NCBI GenBank assembly: GCA_046583315.1
Contig: JAYGCN010000261.1
Coordinates: 1-55,686 of the forward strand
From: Candidatus Hydrogenedentota bacterium
GTDB taxonomy: Bacteria; Hydrogenedentota; Hydrogenedentia; Hydrogenedentales; GCA-2746185
Direction of reading: 5' to 3'
Length of the DNA stretch: 55,686 nt
The notes under the pieces are model-generated. The model worked only from the letters and a program-made list of their open reading frames with translations, was not told where the DNA came from and searched no databases. Both the position numbers and the translations under genes were made by a program. This document shows, one piece after another, positions 37,726 through 47,508 of the stretch; positions within the stretch are counted from its first letter, which is position 1; each line of letters opens with the position of its first letter.

Positions 37726-38816
37726 ATTCGAATTTTACTATCGCTCATGAATACGGACTGCCGATCATTGCGCTCGGTATCGTCGCACTGATAGCCCTCA
37801 TCGTGATCCTGGTCAAGTTAGAGCGATCCCACGTAGGCCGGGTGCATACGTTTATCGAAATGCGCCTCGCGCCGCGCCTGCTGCTCGGTGGTGAAGCGGG
37901 TAAACGCAAACCGATGTTCTGGTTTTCACTCATCGGTTGTCTCATGCTACTCACGGCACTGGCTCAGCCGCATTGGGGCCGTTCCATGGAAGAACAGACC
38001 CAGCGTAGTCACAATTTACTGTTCGTACTCGACGTTTCAGAAAGCATGCTTGCGGACAATCCCGCGCCCAATCGACTCGAGCGCGCCAAACTGAAAATTC
38101 GTTCCATCATAAACAAGAGTCCGGGTGATCGCTTCGGCTTGATAGCCTTTTCGGGAGCGGCGGAACTGATGTGTCCCTTGACGCTGGACGCGGGCTATTT
38201 CCTCACTGTGCTCAACGCCGTTGATACGGACTCGATTAGTATTGAAGGTACCGATATTGAAGCGGCACTGGAACTGGCCATCGCGACGTATCAGGATCAG
38301 GAAGGCAACGCGAGCGATATGCTTGGAAACTCTCAAGCGATCATTCTGATTTCCGATGGCGAGCAAGTAGAAGGCGACGCGGTGACTCTGGCCGCTGCAG
38401 CGAGTGACCATGCCACGGTACATGTCGTTGGCGTGGGTGATCCGCAGGGTACGGAAATCACCTATACGAATCGATTTGGCGCGCGCGTACGCGTGATGGA
38501 CGGAGATAAGCCGCATCTCTCAAAACTGGATGAATCGACTCTTTCCAGAATAGCGATTGAAGGTGGGGGAGGCTACATTCGTTCCACACCCAGCAATCGG
38601 GATGTCAACGAGTTGCACGGCCTCATTCAACAGTTATTCACCGAGGACGTACAGGGAGAATTGACGGATCGTTTGTTGAATCGATACCAATGGCCTTTAC
38701 TCCTGGGTATTCTGTGTTTCATGGCTGAGGGTTTCTGGCTTGCTGCACTGCCCTGGATGCGCAGGGAACGTGACGAATATGCGCCCAAATCCGGGGAGGG
38801 GGCCGTCGATGCCTAG
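37722..38816 (+). CDS. batB: BatB vWA-domain protein
   Basis: ALAQPHWG, DVSESM...PNRLERAK, CPLTLD, LISDGE. Confidence 0.9.
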   Translation: MNSNFTIAHEYGLPIIALGIVALIALIVILVKLERSHVGRVHTFIEMRLAPRLLLGGEAGKRKPMFWFSLIGCLMLLTALAQPHWGRSMEEQTQRSHNLLFVLDVSESMLADNPAPNRLERAKLKIRSIINKSPGDRFGLIAFSGAAELMCPLTLDAGYFLTVLNAVDTDSISIEGTDIEAALELAIATYQDQEGNASDMLGNSQAIILISDGEQVEGDAVTLAAAASDHATVHVVGVGDPQGTEITYTNRFGARVRVMDGDKPHLSKLDESTLSRIAIEGGGGYIRSTPSNRDVNELHGLIQQLFTEDVQGELTDRLLNRYQWPLLLGILCFMAEGFWLAALPWMRRERDEYAPKSGEGAVDA

Positions 38817-39687
38817 ATCAATGATCCTGTTACTTCTGGTCGGTTATTGCGTTTCCGCTTCTGCAGCGGAATATTTTGATGATCGCTTCGCACCGGGCTA
38901 CGAACTGCTTGAAGCGGGTGAGTTCGATGGCGCGCTGGAGGCTTTCAACGAGCTGAAGACTGACATGCCGGATTCGGCGCTGGTCGATTACAGTATCGCG
39001 TCCACCTACTATTCCATGGCCATGCGTCAGGAGGATCCCGAACAGAAAGAGGCTCGTATCGAGAATTTCTTCAAGGCCAAGGAACAGTTTTTGGACCTCG
39101 CGAATTTGCCGGACCCCTTCATCGGGAAGCATGCGCCCTTTAACGTGGCAAATTGTTCGGCGCAGATAGCCAAACAGTATGACCCGGGAGAGGAATATAC
39201 CCAACGATTGCAGGGGCTTAAGGTCGCCATTGAAGATTTCGACAAGGTCCTGCTTCTCGATCCCGATCATGCCGAAGCGCGTCAGAATCGGGATCATCTG
39301 AATTATTTATTGAAACAAATGTTACAGAATGCGCCGCCCGAGCAACAGCAACCCAATGAAGGCGATAGCGGCGAAGAGCAAAACGAGGGCGAAAAACAGG
39401 AAGAGGGTCAGGACAAGAGCAACACCCAGAATCCTGAAGAAAAAGAGAGCGAAGAACAAGGCCAGGAAGATGACCAGCAAGGCGAACAGGATCCCGAAGA
39501 CAGCGACGATGAAAGCGATCCTCAATCCGGAGACACGCCGCCTCAATCGTCCAGCGAGGGCAAGACCGCCGAAGAGGAAAATATCGAGGCCTTGCTAGAG
39601 AGCCTCGAAGAAGTGAATAAAGAAGAGCAGAAGAATTTACGCAAGGCCAAGCGTCTCCCCCAGATTAAGGGAGGCAAGTGGTGGTAA
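38809..39687 (+). CDS. batC: BatC-like TPR protein with Q/E/D-rich linker
   Basis: Signal peptide, TPR helices (LDPDHAEARQN), acidic low-complexity tract, C-terminal KWW. Confidence 0.8.
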   Translation: MPRSMILLLLVGYCVSASAAEYFDDRFAPGYELLEAGEFDGALEAFNELKTDMPDSALVDYSIASTYYSMAMRQEDPEQKEARIENFFKAKEQFLDLANLPDPFIGKHAPFNVANCSAQIAKQYDPGEEYTQRLQGLKVAIEDFDKVLLLDPDHAEARQNRDHLNYLLKQMLQNAPPEQQQPNEGDSGEEQNEGEKQEEGQDKSNTQNPEEKESEEQGQEDDQQGEQDPEDSDDESDPQSGDTPPQSSSEGKTAEEENIEALLESLEEVNKEEQKNLRKAKRLPQIKGGKWW

Positions 39688-41840
39688 AACACGGAGTCCT
39701 CATACTCGCATTCGTTCTTGTATCCGGCTGGACTTCCGCCCAGGATGCCCTTGTGCGCGCATGGGTTGACGACACGACCGTGCCGGCTGAGGAACCCTTC
39801 TGGTTGTTTGTTGAAGTAGCCGGCGAAACCATCACCTCACCCGCGTTCACCGATACCGAACATTTGATTATCAACGTCAATAACCCCCAGACCTTTCGGC
39901 GCGAATCAACACTGAGCACCCCTTCGGGATTTCGTCGTCACTACGTGATCAAACTTTCCTATCTTTGCCGTGCGACCAAAGAAGGAACCATTGTCGTTCC
40001 GCCGATCGAAGCGACCGTGAACGGCAAGAAGATGAAGAGTGATCCGATCGAGTTGACCATCACCAAAGCCGATCCAGCCAACACCGCGGAGCCGATGCAG
40101 GTTCGGGTGTGGGTGAACCGGCGTACGATTCCAGCCGGCGAGTGGTTCTGGATCTACGTGGAGGCTACCGGATTCGATGTCGAGATGCCCGAAACACTGG
40201 TGGTCGACGGCTTGACCATTAACGCGAGTCAAGTAAGCAACCGCTCCGTCACCTCATCCTTCAGTCGAACCGGAGTCAGTACCTACAAACGCGGGTATTA
40301 CGCCAAGGCGGACAAACCCGGAACCATTACCGTCTCCCCGATCGAAATTCTGGTAAGCCGACGCATGAGTAAATCCAATTCGCTCAAGTTGCTCATTATC
40401 GCGCCGCGAGACAAGGTTGCAAGGCAAGCGAACACTCCGCCTCCGGCATCACCAACGCCTGCCGCAACACCCAGCGAGGCTCCACAATTGACGCGGGCCG
40501 ATCTGGTTTTCATCATGCTGGACACGGACAAGACCGACGTGTATTTGGGCGAACAGATCCTGATGCGTACGCAGCTCTGGCAGATTATTTATCGGGATAT
40601 CAGTACTGGTCCCTTGCAAGGCACGCTGAATATTCCGCCGACAACCGAAGGCTTCTACGTGGACGAGTTGGAGCCACTGGCATACGAGACCACCCGCAGT
40701 ACCTGGCGGTATAACGTACACGAGCGTCGCAAACTGTTGTATCCAACCAAAACAGGTGAACTTGCGATTGGTGCGTGGCATTGGGAGGGCGTCGCCCTGG
40801 TCAATCGTCACAGTATCCGCAACCGAGAGCGATTCCGTTATAAAGAAGATGAAGGCCCCATTCGAATCAACGTCAAGCAGCTGCCACCTGCACCAAAGGG
40901 TTTTGCCGGTGCCGTGGGCGACTATCAGGTGGAATCCTCGCTGGACAGCAACACGGGCAAGACCGGCGTACCCATTCAGTTTACCATTGTCGTGCGCGGT
41001 CAGGGGAATCCCGACGCTATCGGGGCGCCGGATCTACCGAAACTGGATTGGGCGCACGTTTCTGACCCGGAGCGCACGTCGCGACTGGTGATGAATCCCG
41101 GTGAAAGTATTCCCGCAACCATCAAGACCTTCCGATATGAAATCACCCCGTTGCGCGCCGGTAGTATGGAAATACCCTCATTCACCTACGCGCATTTTAA
41201 TCCCATCGTCGAAAACTACGGTGAAGACGTGATAGGCCCGTTTCCGATGAACATTCAGTCCGGCGGAGAGGCGCCACAACACCTGGTTGTGGCCGATGAC
41301 GTTTCAATAGGCCATCGCAGCGTCGATATTTTGCACGAGGATATTCAGCCCATGCTGGAACCCTCAGCATCGTTGAGCCGGGTCAACTCCGGAGCGATGA
41401 TGAACACGCTCGGATTCGTAGCGCCAGTCATCGCGTATTTCGCATTGGCCATCGGCATGTATCAACGACGTCGTCTGCGCGACGACGTGGGATACGCGCG
41501 TGCACGGGTCGCCAAGCATAAGGGCATTCGCGGGTTGCAGGACGTATTTTCCGCCGACGAACCGAGCGACATTTTGTTCCGCGTTGTGTCGGGTTACGTG
41601 GGTGATAAATTCAACGCGCACGACCACGGAATGACCTCGGCGGATGTGGATGCGCTATTGACTGACCACGAAGTGGACGAAACGATCCGTACAACAATCA
41701 CGCAGATACTGAAGTCCTGTGAGCGCGCACGATACGCTTCACAAGAGTTGACGCAAGATGAATTACGCGCCCTGGTGCAAGCCGCAGAGAGCTCCATCCA
41801 CGACTTCGATGCCTGGCTCAAGGGGAGGAAACGCTCATGA
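39678..41840 (+). CDS. batD: BatD protein
   Basis: Repeated BatD Ig-like modules (GTIVVPPIE, LYPTKTGEL, FAGAVG, VRGQGN), C-terminal TM. Confidence 0.88.
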   Translation: MVVKHGVLILAFVLVSGWTSAQDALVRAWVDDTTVPAEEPFWLFVEVAGETITSPAFTDTEHLIINVNNPQTFRRESTLSTPSGFRRHYVIKLSYLCRATKEGTIVVPPIEATVNGKKMKSDPIELTITKADPANTAEPMQVRVWVNRRTIPAGEWFWIYVEATGFDVEMPETLVVDGLTINASQVSNRSVTSSFSRTGVSTYKRGYYAKADKPGTITVSPIEILVSRRMSKSNSLKLLIIAPRDKVARQANTPPPASPTPAATPSEAPQLTRADLVFIMLDTDKTDVYLGEQILMRTQLWQIIYRDISTGPLQGTLNIPPTTEGFYVDELEPLAYETTRSTWRYNVHERRKLLYPTKTGELAIGAWHWEGVALVNRHSIRNRERFRYKEDEGPIRINVKQLPPAPKGFAGAVGDYQVESSLDSNTGKTGVPIQFTIVVRGQGNPDAIGAPDLPKLDWAHVSDPERTSRLVMNPGESIPATIKTFRYEITPLRAGSMEIPSFTYAHFNPIVENYGEDVIGPFPMNIQSGGEAPQHLVVADDVSIGHRSVDILHEDIQPMLEPSASLSRVNSGAMMNTLGFVAPVIAYFALAIGMYQRRRLRDDVGYARARVAKHKGIRGLQDVFSADEPSDILFRVVSGYVGDKFNAHDHGMTSADVDALLTDHEVDETIRTTITQILKSCERARYASQELTQDELRALVQAAESSIHDFDAWLKGRKRS

Positions 41841-42598
41841 CATCACTACTCCCGTTTACGCTGGTCGCACTATCCTTCCTACCGATTTACCAGGACGGCA
41901 TGCAGGCCTACGAGAACAATAATTACGCGAAGTCGGTCGGACATTTCGAGGAGCTGGTGTACAATCGTGTCTACGAACCCGAAGTCTTCCACAACCTCGG
42001 CAATGCCTATTACAAAATGGGGTACCTGGCGCCTGCAATCGTGAATTACGAACGCGCACTGCGTCTGGACCCGACCCTGGAAGAGTCCCGCGACAACCTG
42101 CGTCTCGCGGTCAGTCAAACCAAACGCGCCATGCCCCGACCCGTACCCGACGGGCTGGAAGAGAGCTTCTACTTCTGGCACACATCCTGGACGGACTCCG
42201 GAAGCCGCCGCGCAACACTCGTCTGCTGGTTCATCGCATGGATGATCGTAATGAGTCGCATATTGCGTCCCCAACGCTATTCCCGCAGAGTGGCGACGCT
42301 CTTCTTTTTACTGGCACTGGTGTTCGCCGGATCATGGTGGTTCAAGGCCAATCCAGCCGAGTTCGCTGTGGCCAACGGGGACAAGATTCCCGTGCGCTAC
42401 GGTCCCAAGCAAACGGATACCATACATTTTGAATTGTTTGAAGGCGATCGCGTCTACATTGATGGACATCGCGACGAGTGGGTGCGCGTGGTGATGTCGG
42501 ACGGTACACGCGGCTGGACCCGCGGCGAATATGTATTGCCCGTGTGGCCGCCTCGTGATTCAGGGGCCGATGAGCGTATGCGCGCGGATCGCCCCTAG
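41837..42598 (+). CDS. batE: BatE TPR-TM-SH3 protein
   Basis: HNLGNAYYK...AIVNYERALRLDP, two TMs, SH3b-like WVRV...GTRGW. Confidence 0.88.
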   Translation: MTSLLPFTLVALSFLPIYQDGMQAYENNNYAKSVGHFEELVYNRVYEPEVFHNLGNAYYKMGYLAPAIVNYERALRLDPTLEESRDNLRLAVSQTKRAMPRPVPDGLEESFYFWHTSWTDSGSRRATLVCWFIAWMIVMSRILRPQRYSRRVATLFFLLALVFAGSWWFKANPAEFAVANGDKIPVRYGPKQTDTIHFELFEGDRVYIDGHRDEWVRVVMSDGTRGWTRGEYVLPVWPPRDSGADERMRADRP

Positions 42599-42606
42599 GA
42601 GGCCAG

Positions 42607-45297
42607 ATGGCTGCGTCGGATTTTCGTATATGGGTGAAAGAAGCGGCACAAGGAGACAAATCCTTTCATGCCCGCTCACGTGAAGACTGTGTGGCCGTTG
42701 CGAAAGAATTTGCGCAAGAAGAACGCGCTCGTATCCAGAAGAAGCATCAGGCGGGGGAGTCCGGTGCCAACGTCATCCGAATGCTGAGCGATCTGGCCGA
42801 CGAACTCGTCATCGGTATTTTTACATTCGCAATGGCCAATATTCCGAGGCCTGGAAAATTCGCGAGCAAAATTGCCCTGTGCGCGCACGGCGGTTACGGC
42901 AACCAGCAATTGAACCCCTACTCCGATCTCGATCTCGGATTGGTGTATGAAGGGCGCGTGGGACGACAGATCAAAGCACTGAGCGATTACCTGACACCAT
43001 TTTTCTGGGATCTCGGATACGAAAACTCCTTCGTGGTGCGTACCGTGAAAGAAGCGGTGGAGCTGTCGCAATCCGAATTCAAAGTCTATACCAGTTACCT
43101 CAGCGTTCGCTGTCTCACCGGTAATACGGATCTCTTTGGCAAGATGAAACTCGCGCTGAAACCCCTGCGCCCGGAGGCATTCCTGGACAGGCTCGTCGAA
43201 AACGCCAAGGCTTCCATAACGGGCTCGCCGATCAATCCCGATCGCGATCTCTTCGCGCCGCAACCGAACATCAAAGACGGGGCAGGCGGATTGCGCGACT
43301 TTCATGCGGGTCTGTGGCTCTATCGCATTTTTCTGGGCGTGGATACGCTCGATGAGATTGCCGGGCAAGGCTACATCACGCCCGACGAGCGCTTGGAGTT
43401 GGCTTCTGCGCTCGATCACATGTGGCGGATTCGAAATGCCCTTCATTTTACCGCCGGCAAGCAAGAAGATCGCTTGAGTTTTGATCGCGAGGCCGAACTC
43501 GCTGTTGCATTGGGGTATACCGACGAGGCCACCCACGATACTGCGCGATTCATGCAAGATTATTACAGCGCGGCCCGCGTATTGAACGCGTTTTACCTAA
43601 AAGCGTGCCAACTACATCTGAAAACGGAGGTGCCTGAATCCGCGCTTGGCAAAGACAGTGACGAAAGCGGTTTTGAAGTGGTCGACGGTGCATTACAGGG
43701 CGCCTTCATCGACGACCATTGGTTCGAAGAAAATCCCGCACGTTTGATGGCGGTGTTTCATGAAGTCGCCAAACGTGACGTTGCGCTGAGCCTTCGCCTG
43801 ACCACACGCGTCTCCGAAAATGTTCACCTGATAGGCGATTCTTTTCGTGAGAGCGCACTCGTTCGACGATTCTTCGTGTCCGTGTGCAACCGTCCAGTCG
43901 TTGCCGGGCGAACGATGCGCCTGATGGCCGAGACCGGCGTACTGGAACGTTACCTCCCTGAATTCAAGGCCGTACGCGACATCATTCGATACGAAGATTT
44001 TCATCACTATCCCGTAGACGAGCATACCCTGCGCGCAATAGAAGCACTCGCGACGATTCCATCCCTTAGCGGCCCGGTCGGTAGCATGCTCTTGGAGACC
44101 TTCGAGCGTATTCAAGATCCTCATATACTGGTGTTGGCCCTGTTGTGTCACGATCTCGGCAAAGCGACTGGCGAAGAACATTCCGAAGAAGGCCGTCGAA
44201 TGGCCTGGGAACTCGGCAACCGGATTGGTCTGCCCGATGAGGACACCGAGCGCATCGCGTTTCTGGTGCAGCATCATCTGCTCATGACCCACATCGCGCT
44301 ATACCGCGACACCGACGATGTCGACGTGATTGAAACCTTTGCCAAGACCATCAAATCGGATAATCGCCTTCGCTATCTACTCTTGCTTTCCTATTGCGAT
44401 ATGTCCGCCGTCGGTCCCAACGTATGGAACGACTGGAAAGGCTCTCTGTTGCTCAAGCTGTTCTTTCGTACCGAGCGCGTATTGATAGGCCATTCAGGCC
44501 CCTCCGATGAAGCGTATTGGGAACACCCCAAAGCGCAAGCCATCGCCGATGAACTCGGAGAAGAATCCAGCGAACTGGTGCAGACCCACTTGAAAGACTT
44601 GGGTGTGCAATATTTCTCAGGTTTCTCCGTCTCCGAGATCGTCATGCACCTCAATTGCCTGAAAATCGCACGCGAGAAAGGATTCGCGGTTGCCAGTATA
44701 GAAGGCGCAACGCACGGAACAACCGAGTTCGTCGTGTGTACGCCCGATCACCCCGGTCTCTTTGAAGAAATCGCGGGTTGTTTTGCCTCCGAGCTGATCG
44801 ATATCGAGCGATCCACCTTGTTTACCTGTGGGGACGGGATTGCGCTCGACCACTTTACCGTCGTCACCGCCCGGAATCGCGCTCCGATGACGGCGAATCA
44901 GGTCAAGAAAACGGCATCGGTACTGAGCGACGTGATCGTGCAACACGAATCTGTAGATGGCTATATGGAACGCTCCCAGCGCCGAATTTTCTCCGTACTC
45001 CATCCCCAGGCACCGATGCCTACCCGGATATCCTTTGACAATGAAGGCTCCCACCGATATACGATTATCGATATTATCGCGGGGGACAGGACGGGATTGT
45101 TGTATGATATTGCCAAAGCCATGAATCGCTCGAATATGAATATCGCTCGTGCTCATATTGTGACGGATGCCCGCCGGGTGCGGGATTCATTTTATGTGAC
45201 GCGCGACAATTGCAAGATAGATAACCCGGCCGAATGCAGTGCGATTGAGGATGCGTTACACGGCGCGATTCAGTCCAGTGACGTTTCGACAGGATAA
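42607..45297 (+). CDS. glnD: PII uridylyltransferase/uridylyl-removing enzyme
   Basis: GGYG...PYSDLDL NTase, NIKDGAGGLRD, HHYPVDEHT, HDLGK HD domain, two ACT domains (DHPGLF, DRTGLL). Confidence 0.95.
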   Translation: MAASDFRIWVKEAAQGDKSFHARSREDCVAVAKEFAQEERARIQKKHQAGESGANVIRMLSDLADELVIGIFTFAMANIPRPGKFASKIALCAHGGYGNQQLNPYSDLDLGLVYEGRVGRQIKALSDYLTPFFWDLGYENSFVVRTVKEAVELSQSEFKVYTSYLSVRCLTGNTDLFGKMKLALKPLRPEAFLDRLVENAKASITGSPINPDRDLFAPQPNIKDGAGGLRDFHAGLWLYRIFLGVDTLDEIAGQGYITPDERLELASALDHMWRIRNALHFTAGKQEDRLSFDREAELAVALGYTDEATHDTARFMQDYYSAARVLNAFYLKACQLHLKTEVPESALGKDSDESGFEVVDGALQGAFIDDHWFEENPARLMAVFHEVAKRDVALSLRLTTRVSENVHLIGDSFRESALVRRFFVSVCNRPVVAGRTMRLMAETGVLERYLPEFKAVRDIIRYEDFHHYPVDEHTLRAIEALATIPSLSGPVGSMLLETFERIQDPHILVLALLCHDLGKATGEEHSEEGRRMAWELGNRIGLPDEDTERIAFLVQHHLLMTHIALYRDTDDVDVIETFAKTIKSDNRLRYLLLLSYCDMSAVGPNVWNDWKGSLLLKLFFRTERVLIGHSGPSDEAYWEHPKAQAIADELGEESSELVQTHLKDLGVQYFSGFSVSEIVMHLNCLKIAREKGFAVASIEGATHGTTEFVVCTPDHPGLFEEIAGCFASELIDIERSTLFTCGDGIALDHFTVVTARNRAPMTANQVKKTASVLSDVIVQHESVDGYMERSQRRIFSVLHPQAPMPTRISFDNEGSHRYTIIDIIAGDRTGLLYDIAKAMNRSNMNIARAHIVTDARRVRDSFYVTRDNCKIDNPAECSAIEDALHGAIQSSDVSTG

Positions 45298-45310
45298 AAG
45301 GAGAAGTATA

Positions 45311-46783
45311 ATGCGAATGACCATTTATCGATTCAGCATGTTCGTAATCATGGGCGCACTACTCGTTCCAGGGGCTTATGCACAACGCTCATTGCTGAAA
45401 CAATTTGAGGCTGAATTCGTCTCGCTCAGCGAAGAAATAAGCCCAAGCGTCGTGGAAATCAGCACGACTTCGTCGCGGCACCCTCAAAGCTCGAGCAGGC
45501 TTGACGAAATGTTTAAATTTTTCGGTCTCCCGCGACCCGATGGCGAAGCGCCCGAAGAAGCTCCCGATTTGCCAAGGCGACCATCGGCGACGGGAACGGG
45601 TTTTTTCATCGATGAGGCCGGCCACATTGTGACGAATAACCATGTCGTCGAAGGCGCGGACAGCATTACCGTGAAGCTATCCAACGGCGACGAGGTCCCT
45701 GCTGAGTTGATCGGGCAAGATCCCGGTGCGGATATCGCCGTCATCAAAATCGAACCGAACGGCACCGATATCCGTCCTGTATCACTCGGTGATTCCAGCA
45801 ACCTGAAAGTGGGGCAGTTCGCAATCGCCATCGGAAGTGCGCGCGGTCAGACCGGTTCAGTCTCCTACGGTCATATCAGCGGTCTTGGTCGGGAGGGTCT
45901 TGCGCTACCCGATCCGGAATTACGGTTCCAGGAATTCATCCAGACCGATGCTGCGATCAATCTGGGTAACAGCGGCGGCCCACTGTGTAACATTGACGGC
46001 GAAGTCATCGGTGTGAACGTGGCGATCGTCTACGATGCCAATTCGATTGGATTCGCCATTCCCATCAACCGCGTGAAGAAAATCGTGCCTCAACTCATCA
46101 ACGACGGCTCCGTCACCCGCGGATGGTTAGGCGTATCCATTCGAGACTTGGAAGTGGCCGCGCTAAACGATGAGGTCGACTTGGAAGACTTCATCGATGC
46201 CAACGGATTGTCGAGCGAGGACGGTGCGTATGTGGTCGGAGTCGCTACCGATGGCCCCTCCGATGTGGCCGGACTGCTGGAGGACGACGTGGTACTTCGC
46301 GTAAACGACCACGATATTGAGGACACGACTGACTTGATTAATTATGTCTCGGATCTGAATCCAGGCACTGCTGGCACCATTGACGTGATGCGCAAGGGCG
46401 AAATCGTACAACTGGATATTACCATCGGGAAATTTCCGGGTTTGCTGACCGCAAAATTTGGCAGGGACTATTTCGGCATGCACATGACCGATGCGGTATT
46501 CACCGATGAAATCCTGGAAGAGTATGAACTGGAAGAAGCACTCTCCGATTTCGTCGTGGTTGAGGTTGTCCAAGACAGTCCCGCAGCCGAAGCGGGTGTT
46601 CGGCCGCAGGACATCATCCTTGAGGTCGCCCATCAAGAAGTGAAAACCCTTAAGGAATTCAGGGCCACATTGGCAGAGAAAGCCCGAGCCGGCAAGACAT
46701 TACTGATGCGTGTGCGGCAATTACCTGGTGAAACGCGCAAGGTCTATATAAAAGTGCCCGAAGACTACGAAGCACCTGAATGA
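45311..46783 (+). CDS. DegP/HtrA periplasmic serine protease with two PDZ domains
   Basis: TNNHVV, DIAVIKI, QTDAAINLGNSGGPL, RGWLGV. Confidence 0.95.
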   Translation: MRMTIYRFSMFVIMGALLVPGAYAQRSLLKQFEAEFVSLSEEISPSVVEISTTSSRHPQSSSRLDEMFKFFGLPRPDGEAPEEAPDLPRRPSATGTGFFIDEAGHIVTNNHVVEGADSITVKLSNGDEVPAELIGQDPGADIAVIKIEPNGTDIRPVSLGDSSNLKVGQFAIAIGSARGQTGSVSYGHISGLGREGLALPDPELRFQEFIQTDAAINLGNSGGPLCNIDGEVIGVNVAIVYDANSIGFAIPINRVKKIVPQLINDGSVTRGWLGVSIRDLEVAALNDEVDLEDFIDANGLSSEDGAYVVGVATDGPSDVAGLLEDDVVLRVNDHDIEDTTDLINYVSDLNPGTAGTIDVMRKGEIVQLDITIGKFPGLLTAKFGRDYFGMHMTDAVFTDEILEEYELEEALSDFVVVEVVQDSPAAEAGVRPQDIILEVAHQEVKTLKEFRATLAEKARAGKTLLMRVRQLPGETRKVYIKVPEDYEAPE

Positions 46784-46803
46784 ACCCAGTGAAAATCCCA
46801 TTC

Positions 46804-46838
46804 ACGGCCCTGTACATCACTCCGGTGTGCAGGGCCGT
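46804..46838. terminator. Stem-loop between convergent degP and gmhA
   Basis: ACGGCCCTGTACA...TGTGCAGGGCCGT. Confidence 0.55.
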
Positions 46839-46844
46839 TCTTCG

Positions 46845-47504
46845 TTAGCGCTTCTCCAGGAAATAGTGTGCTTCAATCAACAGACACATCGTGTGCCACA
46901 GGCTGATATGCCCTTCCTGCACCAGAGCTGTGGAGTCCCCAGCAGTGCGTACCGCGATGTCCGCATGGGTCGCGAGCTTGCCCCCATGAGCACCCGTCAA
47001 CGCTACGGTCGTGCATCCCATCGCGGAGGCTGTCGATTGAGCCATCTGGCAGTTCGGTGCATTTCCCGACGTGGAAACGCTTAGCAGGACATCGCCAGGT
47101 TTGGCCAAGGCACACAGTTCCTGGGCAAAGGCTATGTCGCGCAGGGGAGAGTCGTTCTCCACAGCCGTTTTTAGTGCGCCACTGATGCCCAGCGGAATCG
47201 CAGCGAGTCCCGCCTCCAAATGCTCGGACAATTCATCGCCCCAGGGAAGCCCCGTCAAATTTTCCGCGAGTTCATCCGAAATGGGTCGTTTCCGTTCGAA
47301 ACTTTTGCACAGCTCCCCGGCAATATGAATCGAGTCCGCATGACTCCCGCCGTTGCCGCAGATAAACAGCGTGCCGTTGCCGTCATAAAGTGTGATAAGT
47401 CGTTGATGCACGTCAAGCAAGGCGTCAAAGGACAGGTCCAGATCAGGTCGCCGGGATTTCAACGCATCAAAAATTTCCTGTTCAAGGGTAGAGAGGGTTT
47501 CCAT
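46845..47504 (-). CDS. gmhA: Phosphoheptose isomerase (SIS domain)
   Basis: CGNGGSHADSIH, STSGNA.N, LTG..GGKL, VQEGH. Confidence 0.85.
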   Translation of the reverse strand: METLSTLEQEIFDALKSRRPDLDLSFDALLDVHQRLITLYDGNGTLFICGNGGSHADSIHIAGELCKSFERKRPISDELAENLTGLPWGDELSEHLEAGLAAIPLGISGALKTAVENDSPLRDIAFAQELCALAKPGDVLLSVSTSGNAPNCQMAQSTASAMGCTTVALTGAHGGKLATHADIAVRTAGDSTALVQEGHISLWHTMCLLIEAHYFLEKR

Positions 47505-47508
47505 GTTC

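Noticed and set aside
39330..39580. Repeat-like purine-rich tract
   Set aside because: Encodes the ordinary Q/E/D-rich linker of BatC; no regular repeat unit or spacers
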